A stretch of 25,110 nt of DNA from Candidatus Nanopusillus sp. (GTDB taxonomy: Archaea; Nanobdellota; Nanobdellia; Nanobdellales; Nanobdellaceae), in contig JAPYVP010000007.1 in the NCBI GenBank assembly GCA_028276785.1, forward strand, positions 1-25,110, in the 5' to 3' direction. Both the position numbers and the translations under genes were made by a program. Below are positions 16,260 to 24,073 of this stretch, piece by piece; position 1 is the stretch's first letter; every line of letters starts with the position of its first letter. The notes under the pieces were generated by a model, which was not told the DNA's origin, did not search any database, and saw nothing but the letters and a program-made list of their open reading frames with translations.

Positions 16260-17318
16260 ATGAATGTTGATATATCAATAATAATACCAACATTAAATGA
16301 AAAGGAAAATATTAATGAATTAGTAAAAAGAATAAGAAAAAGTTTAAACGATATAAGATATGAAATAATTTTTGTAGATGATGGATCAAAGGATGGAACG
16401 ATTGAAGAGATAGAAAAACTAAAAAAGAAATATAAAAATATAAAACTTATTGAAAGGGGGTCGAGAAAAGGTTTATCATCCGCCTTTTTGGATGGAGTAA
16501 AACATTCTAGTGGAAAATATATTGTATTAATGGATGCTGACTTACAACACCCCCCAGAACTACTGAAGGAAATGTATAAAAAAACTTTAGAGGGTTATGA
16601 TTTAGTTATTGCATCAAGATATATTAAAGGAGGAAAGATTGAAAATTGGAGTATTATAAGAGAATTTATATCAAAAACCGCAATATTTATTGCATATATT
16701 TTTCTACCAGAAACACTAAAAGTAAAAGATCCGTTAAGTGGATATTTTTTAATAAAAAAAGATCTATTAGATAACTTTAAAGTTTCTGATCCATTTAGTT
16801 ACAAAGTTTTATTAGATATATTAGTAAAAGTAAATTATAACAAATTAATAGAAATCCCATATACATTTAAAGAAAGAAAATATGGGAGATCTAAATTGGG
16901 TAAAAAAATAATCTTTTCATATTTGAAACAAGTTTTCTTATTGTTCGACATTTCCCAATTTATAAAATTCTATTTAGTAGGATTATCTGGTATTATTATT
17001 AACTTATTAGCTTTATACTTACTGATATTTTATTTTCCATTTTATATTTCTTCTTTTCTAGCAATTTTAATTTCAATTATATGGAATTTTATATTAAATG
17101 ATTTATTTGTATTTAAAACTAAAAAGAGAAAATTTTTAGAAAGATTTTTATTATTTCTTGGAGGTAGAGGTTTATTATCAAAACCTGCTCAATATTTATC
17201 AGCCCTATTACTTTATTATATTTTTGGGATAAATTACTTATTATCACAACTTATTGCTATATTTATTGCTGCTATAATTAATTGGGTATTCACAAAAGGT
17301 GTTGTGTATGGAAAGTAA
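16260..17318 (+). CDS. GT2 family glycosyltransferase (dolichyl-phosphate mannose/glucose synthase-like) with a C-terminal GtrA-like membrane domain
   Basis: SIIIPTLNEKENI, FVDDGSKDGT and VLMDADLQHPP (DxD) mark the GT-A fold. About four C-terminal TM helices follow. Confidence 0.85.
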   Translation: MNVDISIIIPTLNEKENINELVKRIRKSLNDIRYEIIFVDDGSKDGTIEEIEKLKKKYKNIKLIERGSRKGLSSAFLDGVKHSSGKYIVLMDADLQHPPELLKEMYKKTLEGYDLVIASRYIKGGKIENWSIIREFISKTAIFIAYIFLPETLKVKDPLSGYFLIKKDLLDNFKVSDPFSYKVLLDILVKVNYNKLIEIPYTFKERKYGRSKLGKKIIFSYLKQVFLLFDISQFIKFYLVGLSGIIINLLALYLLIFYFPFYISSFLAILISIIWNFILNDLFVFKTKKRKFLERFLLFLGGRGLLSKPAQYLSALLLYYIFGINYLLSQLIAIFIAAIINWVFTKGVVYGK

Positions 17319-17490
17319 AATTTATAAATTTCAAAATAGTATATATAATTGCTATTTTATACAAAAATAAAAGTGGTGCCATTATAATACGCTTTTGAAA
17401 TTTATAAATTTTATTTTAATAAATTTTATAAATAGAATTTTTAAAATTTTCTTTATCCTAGCAAAAAATATTTATAATATCTACAACCCA

Positions 17491-18780
17491 TCAATAACTA
17501 TTTGTCTTCCTATTTTTTACTATTCTGTAGATATCTTCCAAGTTATTAATTGGTATTTTAATTCTTTCCTTTGTATACCTATCTTGTAGTAAAACACTAT
17601 TCTCTAATAATTCTTTTTTTCCAACAATTAATAAAAACCCTATATCTTTATCTACTGCATATTTTATTTGCTTATTAAAATCCCTTTTCATTAAATCAAT
17701 ATAACAATTTAATCCAATTTCTCTCAATTTATTACATATATTCCATGCATCTTTAAATGTATCTTCAAAATATATTACACATATTTCTGTATATGTTTTT
17801 TTATCAACCTTAAATATTCCCAATTCTATTCCTGCATCAATTAATCTTTCTACTCCAATACTCCCACCAACAGCAGGTACTTCTTCATTTGTAAATAGTT
17901 TTAACAAATTATCATATCTTCCTCCTCCAGATAAGGATCCAATTTTTGGTTTTTCAACAATCGCTTCATATATCATACCAGTATAATAATCTAAACCTCT
18001 TACTAACGATAAATTTATTTCTATTTTACTTTTATCATTTAGTAAATCCAAAATATTGTTAAAATAGTTTATTTCTTTTGATAATTCTTCATATTTTGAT
18101 AAATAATCAATTACTTCCTGATTCCTTAATGATATTATTTCAACAATTTTATCAGACAATTCACCAACAATATTATTTAATTCTCTTTTTACATTTTCTA
18201 TTCCAATTTTATCTAATTTATCTATTATTGTATATACCTTTTTTATTTTTTCTTCACTTATATTTAATTTTTTCTCAAAAACAAATCTTAAAAATTCCCT
18301 ATCATTTATTATAATTTTATAATTTGAAAAATTAAATTCTTTAAATATAAAATTCACTATATTTAATATTTCTGCATCGGATTCTGGTTCTTTTGATCCA
18401 ATTATATCAAAATCTGCCTGATAAAATTCTCTATATCTCCCTTTTTGTGGATTTTCATATCTATAAGATTTATCTATTACATATCTTTTAAATGGTAGAG
18501 CTGGTCTATAATTTGAAAAAAATCTTGCTAGAGGTACTGTTTGATCGTATCTTAATGCATATTCTTTATCAGAATATGGTAATTTAAATCTCCATATTAA
18601 TTTATTTTCTGCCTCTTCTCCATATTTTCCTTTCAATGTATCCCAATATTCTATTGTTGGGGTTTCTATTGGATCAAATCCAAATCTTTGAAATATTTCC
18701 TCTATTTTTTTAAATATTTTATTTCTTAATATCTTTATTTCTGTAGGAAAATCCCTTAATCCTGATGGTAAATTATACAT
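17491..18780 (-). CDS. hisS: histidyl-tRNA synthetase
   Basis: Motifs LPSGLRDFPTE, RYDQTVPLARF, FKRYVIDKSYRYENPQKGRYREFYQADFDIIG and GGGRYDNL, plus an anticodon-binding C-terminal domain. Confidence 0.95.
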   Translation of the reverse strand: MYNLPSGLRDFPTEIKILRNKIFKKIEEIFQRFGFDPIETPTIEYWDTLKGKYGEEAENKLIWRFKLPYSDKEYALRYDQTVPLARFFSNYRPALPFKRYVIDKSYRYENPQKGRYREFYQADFDIIGSKEPESDAEILNIVNFIFKEFNFSNYKIIINDREFLRFVFEKKLNISEEKIKKVYTIIDKLDKIGIENVKRELNNIVGELSDKIVEIISLRNQEVIDYLSKYEELSKEINYFNNILDLLNDKSKIEINLSLVRGLDYYTGMIYEAIVEKPKIGSLSGGGRYDNLLKLFTNEEVPAVGGSIGVERLIDAGIELGIFKVDKKTYTEICVIYFEDTFKDAWNICNKLREIGLNCYIDLMKRDFNKQIKYAVDKDIGFLLIVGKKELLENSVLLQDRYTKERIKIPINNLEDIYRIVKNRKTNSY

Positions 18781-18822
18781 TATATTAAATTTAAAAATTG
18801 TTTAATAAAATATTTGGTATCT

Positions 18823-19269
18823 ATGGTCGCTCATAGAAAAAGAAAATATAGGAAATACCTTGGACAAAGATATGCTAGAAGGGGGTATAATGATAGAAAT
18901 AGAGGCAAGGGTAATAAGGGTGGTTCGGGTTTCTCTGGATGGAGATTTAAGAAACAAAAGTATATTAAGTTAATTAAAGAATTTCCAGAAAGATTTGAAG
19001 ATAAAAAAGGATTTACAAGTATTAAGTACAATATTGAAAAATCTATAATTAATTTAAGAGACTTAGAAGAATATTTTGATTATTTATTATCAGAAGGAAT
19101 AATAAAAAACGATGGAGAATATTATATAATTGATCTAGATGAAATAGGTGTTGATAAATTATTAGGAGCTGGAAAAATTAGTAAAAAAATGAAAATATAT
19201 GTAAGAGAAGCATCAGAAGGAGCGATAGAAAAGGTTAAAAACGTTGGTGGAGAAGTAATAATTAAATAA
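18823..19269 (+). CDS. rpl15: 50S ribosomal protein uL15
   Basis: HRKRKYRKYLGQRYARRGYNDRNRGKGNKGGSG is the uL15 N-terminal signature. The track start at 18814 is TTG, so the ATG at 18823 is preferred. Confidence 0.9.
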   Translation: MVAHRKRKYRKYLGQRYARRGYNDRNRGKGNKGGSGFSGWRFKKQKYIKLIKEFPERFEDKKGFTSIKYNIEKSIINLRDLEEYFDYLLSEGIIKNDGEYYIIDLDEIGVDKLLGAGKISKKMKIYVREASEGAIEKVKNVGGEVIIK

Positions 19270-19739
19270 TGGACTTATCATTACAGAAAAGGTTAGCATC
19301 TGAAATACTTGGTGTAGGAAAAGATAGAATATGGATAGATCCAAATAAAATACAAGAAGCATCCAAAGCCTTGAGTAGATCTGATATCTTAGATTTAATT
19401 AACAAAGGAATAATAAGAGTGAAACAGGTTAAGGGCCAATCTAGAACATGGGCAAATTATATTAAAGAACAGAAGAAAAAAGGAAGAAGGAGGGGGCCAG
19501 GATCTAGAAAAGGAGGAAAAAAAGCAAGACTTAGTAAAAAAGAACATTGGATTAAAAGAATAAGGGCAATAAGAAAATTATTAAGAGAGTTAAAAGAGAA
19601 AAAAATAATTGATAAAAAGTTATATAGAGAGTTATATAAAAGAGCAAAAAGTAACGAGTTTAAGAGTAAAAGAGCCATTTTAATTTATCTTAAGGATTTA
19701 GGAATATTAAAGAGTGAAAATGAAATTTTAAATAAATAA
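19269..19739 (+). CDS. rpl19e: 50S ribosomal protein eL19 (L19e)
   Basis: LSLQKRLASEILGVGKDRIWIDPN ... KGQSR ... KKKGRRRGPGSRKG is typical eL19. The start overlaps the uL15 stop (TAATG). Confidence 0.92.
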   Translation: MDLSLQKRLASEILGVGKDRIWIDPNKIQEASKALSRSDILDLINKGIIRVKQVKGQSRTWANYIKEQKKKGRRRGPGSRKGGKKARLSKKEHWIKRIRAIRKLLRELKEKKIIDKKLYRELYKRAKSNEFKSKRAILIYLKDLGILKSENEILNK

Positions 19740-19791
19740 TTTATAAAATTTTTTATTTAAAGTTTATAATCATTTCACTTATATATTCTTT

Positions 19792-19995
19792 ATGGCAACA
19801 CCATCTCAATTGAGAACGGAAATTGAATCTGCATTTAAAAAGGGTGTATCAAAAGACGACGTAGATAAAGTAGCACAACAAATAGCAAATAAATTGGGAA
19901 AGAAACCATCAGTTGTAAAAGCATTAATTACAAGATACGTAAATAAGGGAATGATAAAGGAACAGGGTGGAAAATATGTTTGGGCTGGACAATAA
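19792..19995 (+). CDS. small (67 aa) basic protein, possible winged-helix DNA/RNA-binding protein
   Basis: ATG start and visibly higher GC than neighbouring genes. The helix-turn-helix-like pattern ends in a beta-hairpin-like KGMIKEQGGKYVWAG. No family recognised. Confidence 0.6.
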   Translation: MATPSQLRTEIESAFKKGVSKDDVDKVAQQIANKLGKKPSVVKALITRYVNKGMIKEQGGKYVWAGQ

Positions 19996-20157
19996 AATTT
20001 TTTCTTAATTTATATTTTATAAAAATATTAATATAACGAAAAATTTAGAACATAAATTTAGTATCTACATAGATTGGCGAAAAGTTTTATTTACAAACCA
20101 ATAATCAAAAATATTCAGAATCTTAGTAATTTTCTAAATACTTAGTTTTATGATAAA

Positions 20158-21009
20158 TTATTTGCATAAAGTTTTAGCATATTCATGAATCGGTCCAAAT
20201 TGAATTGAAACAACTTCTAATTTATTTGGATCGAAAACAAAACTATAAACACAACCCTTAATAACATTTTGAATTTCTCCTGTAGGAGAAGTTATAATCT
20301 TTTTATAACAGAAAATGTATGGAGAAAAATAATGCCTACAATAAAGGTAATTTATATTTTCTCCCTTTTCATTTCCATAACTACATATGTAGTACCCAGT
20401 AGCACATACAGTGAAACCATCAAAACTTCCTGTAAATGCTGGATGTAGTAGTACATTATCTGATGTTAGATCATTTATAGTTCTTGGAGACCAAAGCAAT
20501 AGCCAAGAGGGAGTCTCCAAGTATTTTCTTATAGTATTTTCTATGAAGGACTTTACCTCTTTATATGGATAAGGATTTCCATTTATTAGTTCGTTTATTT
20601 TTGTGATAAATGATACCCCTAAATTTGATAGAAAAAGAGCACAAACAATAATAGCAACCAATAAAGAAGAAAAAATTCCTCTTTTTGATACATTTTTTGC
20701 TGAACCATAAGCTATAAGTACAGAACCTATTGTAAAAATCCAAAATCCTATTCCAACAAAGTTAACCAAGCTTATCTCATTAGAAGTTGATAAATAATAC
20801 AAAAAAGATAATGCAGAAATAATTAAAAATAACGAACCTGTAAAAATAATAGAATTTTTAGAAAGTAATAACCCAAGAATTCCAATTATAAAACCTAAAA
20901 CAATAAGAATAAGAAGAGCCATTAGGATATAATTCGCAGTTATAATATAATTAAATAAACTTGCCGATAAATTTGTCATCTGAATGTTTAATATTTCTTC
21001 TTGAAACAT
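20158..21009 (-). CDS. hypothetical multi-pass membrane protein with a Cys-containing C-terminal soluble domain
   Basis: 283 aa. About 5-6 TM helices lie in the first 135 residues. A globular C-terminal part follows with 7 Cys (CATGYYIC, YCRHY, FCYKK, KGC, TLCK). Confidence 0.6.
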   Translation of the reverse strand: MFQEEILNIQMTNLSASLFNYIITANYILMALLILIVLGFIIGILGLLLSKNSIIFTGSLFLIISALSFLYYLSTSNEISLVNFVGIGFWIFTIGSVLIAYGSAKNVSKRGIFSSLLVAIIVCALFLSNLGVSFITKINELINGNPYPYKEVKSFIENTIRKYLETPSWLLLWSPRTINDLTSDNVLLHPAFTGSFDGFTVCATGYYICSYGNEKGENINYLYCRHYFSPYIFCYKKIITSPTGEIQNVIKGCVYSFVFDPNKLEVVSIQFGPIHEYAKTLCK

Positions 21010-21026
21010 GGTAATCCATGTAATAT

Positions 21027-21563
21027 CTATAGGTAATCCGAATAAAGAGATAGAAATCCAGGGAAGAAAGAGTGAAAAAAGGACAAAAATAGTCCCAATA
21101 TAACTGTTCCATCTATAATTTCTGAAGTAAATCTTAATTTAAAGAATTTTTTTATTGATGGAAATTTAAAGAATCTTCTTTTTTTAGGAAATTTATTTGA
21201 AGATTTATCATATAAATTAATTTTTTTCTTTTCCATTTTTTCTATCTTATTTAAAGCCTTCGAATATTTTTCTCTTTCTTCTCTTTCCTCCATTTCAAAA
21301 TTTTCAAAATATTGCATCGTCCAAACAGAATCCGGATGACCACCCTCCTTTCTCCATTCTTCATAAAGTTTTTCCTTTAAAATAGGATCTTTAGTTTTTT
21401 CTATTGCACTCCAAGTTGTTACCAATTTGGGTTCTATATGTTTTTCACAAAACCATCCTTTACAATAAGGACATTGATAAAGTTTCTTTTCAGAAGAATC
21501 ACCTTCTCTTACTTTACATTCAGGACATATACCAAATTTTATATTTTCATTAGAATTTTCCAT
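21027..21563 (-). CDS. AN1-like zinc-finger protein with a C-terminal membrane anchor
   Basis: The N-terminus CPEC-x13-CPYC-x4-C-x2-H follows most of the AN1 zinc-finger spacing. The middle is charged and the C-terminal segment is hydrophobic (GTVILGLFLSFFHSFFPGFL). Confidence 0.6.
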   Translation of the reverse strand: MENSNENIKFGICPECKVREGDSSEKKLYQCPYCKGWFCEKHIEPKLVTTWSAIEKTKDPILKEKLYEEWRKEGGHPDSVWTMQYFENFEMEEREEREKYSKALNKIEKMEKKKINLYDKSSNKFPKKRRFFKFPSIKKFFKLRFTSEIIDGTVILGLFLSFFHSFFPGFLSLYSDYL

Positions 21564-21710
21564 AAGGGTTTATTTCAAAGAATTTTTATAAAATCTTATT
21601 ATTTATAAGAATTTTTCTTTCAAACTCTTAAGAAAAATTACTAACATCTAACATTTAATACCATATTTTCTTTGAATATTTTACAAGATTTACAATTAAA
21701 AATTATAATT

Positions 21711-21785
21711 TGCCCCCACCGGGATTTGAACCCGGGTCTCGGGGATGAGAACCCCGTATCCTGGACCTGACTAGACGATGGGGGC
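21711..21785 (-). tRNA. tRNA-Glu (anticodon CUC), 75 nt, no intron, CCA not encoded
   Basis: Minus strand reads GCCCCCAUCGUCUAGUCAGGUCCAGGAUACGGGGUUCUCAUCCCCGAGACCCGGGUUCAAAUCCCGGUGGGGGCA. Acceptor stem is 7 bp. The anticodon stem is CGGGG/CCCCG with loop UUCUCAU. The T arm is CCGGG-UUCAAAU-CCCGG. Confidence 0.92.
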
Positions 21786-22063
21786 TATTGTTTATTTAAT
21801 ATATATTCAGAATTTTGAGTTATAACTATTATATTTGTTCCATTATCATAACATATAATATTTTCCCACATACAAATGTTATAATATGTTTGATTTATGA
21901 TAGAAGAATAATTCGGATACAATAATAATTTGACATAGAAATCTTGTGCAATATATTTACCAATATTGGGTTGATAATAAAAATCATTTTGTAAATTAGA
22001 AACAAAGTACAATGTCATAAACAATATTAATATTAGATATAATAAAATAAATTGTGATCTCAT
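21785..22063 (-). CDS. small secreted/membrane-anchored protein with an N-terminal hydrophobic (pilin-like) segment
   Basis: The track start at 22069 is TTG. The ATG at 22063 gives MRSQFILLYLILILFMTLYF... and an ATGA overlap with the upstream gene. There are 3 N-x-S/T sequons. The stop codon shares its last base with tRNA-Glu position 1. Confidence 0.5.
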   Translation of the reverse strand: MRSQFILLYLILILFMTLYFVSNLQNDFYYQPNIGKYIAQDFYVKLLLYPNYSSIINQTYYNICMWENIICYDNGTNIIVITQNSEYILNKQ

Positions 22064-22404
22064 TTCCAATATATATATACATAATCTATTGAGCCATTAA
22101 TAATATAAAAAGTTGCAATTCCCTGTTCAGCTTCACTTAAATTTATATTATTAAATGCTAATTGTCCATTTATTTCAACATAATAATATGGTAAAATATT
22201 TGTAACAATTTGATATAAACTATCATTTAATTGTTGTGTATTATTTAGATACATATAATTTATTGATATCAATGATGCGTACAAATCTTCTTTATCATAT
22301 CCCCCAATATAAAAACTACTATAATATGTCGAAGTTAGAATAAAATATAAAACTATTATTACAACCACTAATTCAATAAATATTGATATACTAAAAGCCC
22401 TCAT
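22060..22404 (-). CDS. putative type IV pilin/archaellin-like protein (class III signal peptide)
   Basis: The N-terminus MRA|FSISIFIELVVVIIVLYF fits the archaeal prepilin pattern [KR][GA]|[F..][ILMVTAS]x3 followed by a hydrophobic helix. There are 4 N-x-S/T sequons. ATGA overlaps occur at both ends. Confidence 0.55.
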   Translation of the reverse strand: MRAFSISIFIELVVVIIVLYFILTSTYYSSFYIGGYDKEDLYASLISINYMYLNNTQQLNDSLYQIVTNILPYYYVEINGQLAFNNINLSEAEQGIATFYIINGSIDYVYIYWK

Positions 22405-22796
22405 TGAACTAATACACTAACTAAAAATAATGAGCCATTATAATAACAAACCCTGGTAAATGCTATATAATTATTTTGTATGTTTATTATATCACCATTA
22501 CCAAAAATATATTCTTGGCTAGTATTACTTAAATTTCTATATATTATTACATATGGGAAACTTGCTAAATTATTCATTATATTTGGATCAAAATTGTTTG
22601 ATGTTAAATTACAAATATTATCAGTATATTTCTCCGTTATTTCTTTAATCAAAACCCTCCCATGCATGAATTGATTGTATATAATTTGATATTTTTCATT
22701 AACATTATAAATATAAGAAACTTTTTCCATCAATAATAAGGTAACAAAAAATATTACCAAAACTATTACGAATAATTCAAAAAACCTGTCTAGCAT
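22401..22796 (-). CDS. small protein with an N-terminal hydrophobic helix, pilin-like or pilus accessory
   Basis: The N-terminus is MLDRFFELFVIVLVIFFVTLLLM. There are 4 N-x-S/T sequons. It is the first gene of a three-gene overlapping operon. Confidence 0.5.
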   Translation of the reverse strand: MLDRFFELFVIVLVIFFVTLLLMEKVSYIYNVNEKYQIIYNQFMHGRVLIKEITEKYTDNICNLTSNNFDPNIMNNLASFPYVIIYRNLSNTSQEYIFGNGDIINIQNNYIAFTRVCYYNGSLFLVSVLVQ

Positions 22797-22838
22797 ATAT
22801 TATATATTTTATAAACATTTTTATATATAGATGTGTAA

Positions 22839-23414
22839 ATGGATTCAAAACTTGTATCATTATTAAAGGAAAATAAAAAAATTGTTACTGTATCATCCAA
22901 TAATTTACCGATATCTAGAAAAGATTCTGAAATGGTTGGAAGATTTATTAAATATTTAACAATACCGTATGCAAAGAAGTATCTAGAAATGGTTGTTGAA
23001 AAGAGAATTGCAGTTCCATATTATAAATATCACAAAAAACAAGCACACCATAAAAATGTAATGGGAAAAGTTCCATATGGAAGATATCCAATTAAAGTTT
23101 CAAAATATTTTATCAAATTATTAAATTCTTTAGAAAACAATGCAAAAAATGTGGGATTGGATCCTAACAAGGTTGTAATTATTTCTGTTAATGTTTCTAA
23201 AGGAAATAAGTTTCCCGGAAGATTAAGAGTTGTAAAGGTAAAAACAGGTCCTGGTGGAGTAAAGAGAACTCTAATTGTTGTCCATAGAAAAGTATCCCAT
23301 ATTAAGATATATGGATTATATTTAGAATCTTTAGACACATCTAAAAAATTGAAAAGAAAAAGCTTAAAACAAATTGTTAAACAAATATTAGAAGAATGGC
23401 GTCAAAAAATATAG
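22839..23414 (+). CDS. rpl22: 50S ribosomal protein uL22 with a C-terminal extension
   Basis: ISRKDSEMVGRFIKYLTIPYAKKYLEMVVEKRIAVPYYKY ... GRYPIKVSKYFIKLLNSLENNAKNVGLD ... is the uL22 core. At 191 aa it is longer than the ~155 aa usual in archaea. Confidence 0.9.
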   Translation: MDSKLVSLLKENKKIVTVSSNNLPISRKDSEMVGRFIKYLTIPYAKKYLEMVVEKRIAVPYYKYHKKQAHHKNVMGKVPYGRYPIKVSKYFIKLLNSLENNAKNVGLDPNKVVIISVNVSKGNKFPGRLRVVKVKTGPGGVKRTLIVVHRKVSHIKIYGLYLESLDTSKKLKRKSLKQIVKQILEEWRQKI

Positions 23415-24073
23415 AAGAACTTTTAAAAGAACAAAAAATACAGGCAATTTTAGATAGAACTTTAAAAAATAGATTTAAAGGTAAATTAATTAGTAGAGTT
23501 GAATATTTTAAAATTTCAATGGGTACAAAAGTTGTTATATATTGTGCAAGACCTAGATTAGTTCTAGGAAGAGCAAACGAAAATTTAGATGAAATTAAGA
23601 AAATTGTGGAAAATATTGCAAATGTTAAAGAACCAATCATTGAAGTTGTTGGGGTAGAAAACCCATTATTAGATTCTGAAATTGTTGCAGATTTAATTGC
23701 ATCTCAAATAGAGAGATACGGAAACAGAGCAATAAGAAGAATAATGCAAAGAGTGATGGAACAAGTAATACAAGCTGGTGCTTTAGGTATTGAAGTGAGA
23801 GTTACTGGAAAAATAATTGGAGACAGAACATCTACAATAAGAGAACAAAAAGGATATATTAAAAAATCTGGAGAATTAAATAAAATAATTGGAAAAAGCA
23901 TAAGACATGCAAAATTACCTTCTGGAGTAGTCGGGGTACAGGTTAGGATATTAAAACCAACGGACAAATTACCTGATAGGATAAGAATAAAGGACTTATC
24001 GGAAATAAAACCGGAAGAATTAGAAAAAATAGATCCTTCTTTATTAGAAAAATTGGCTAAACAAGGTTCGTAA
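23396..24073 (+). CDS. rps3: 30S ribosomal protein uS3
   Basis: It has a KH domain (VVIYCARPRLVLGRANENLDEIKKIV) and the uS3 C-terminal domain (GALGIEVRVTGKI ... LPSGVVGVQVRI). It overlaps the uL22 3' end by 19 nt. Confidence 0.95.
   Translation: MASKNIEELLKEQKIQAILDRTLKNRFKGKLISRVEYFKISMGTKVVIYCARPRLVLGRANENLDEIKKIVENIANVKEPIIEVVGVENPLLDSEIVADLIASQIERYGNRAIRRIMQRVMEQVIQAGALGIEVRVTGKIIGDRTSTIREQKGYIKKSGELNKIIGKSIRHAKLPSGVVGVQVRILKPTDKLPDRIRIKDLSEIKPEELEKIDPSLLEKLAKQGS

Noticed and set aside
17395-17589. A 64-aa plus-strand ORF in the GT2-hisS gap.
   Set aside because: It is low-complexity I/F/N-rich, starts at a non-ATG codon (TTG) and overlaps the 3' end of hisS. It is judged spurious.
110-23967. 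Antisense or off-frame ORFs nested in clearly identified genes. Examples: 110-307, 487-831, 1724-1915, 2003-2275, 3579-3896, 4094-4321, 9059-9343, 10234-10422, 10874-11239, 18078-18314, 18831-19031, 19457-19678, 20561-20743, 22480-22674, 23030-23338, 23377-23640, 23704-23967.
   Set aside because: Each overlaps a gene with strong family motifs. Their translations are I/L/F-rich low complexity, typical of the reverse strand of K/E/N-rich AT-rich genes.
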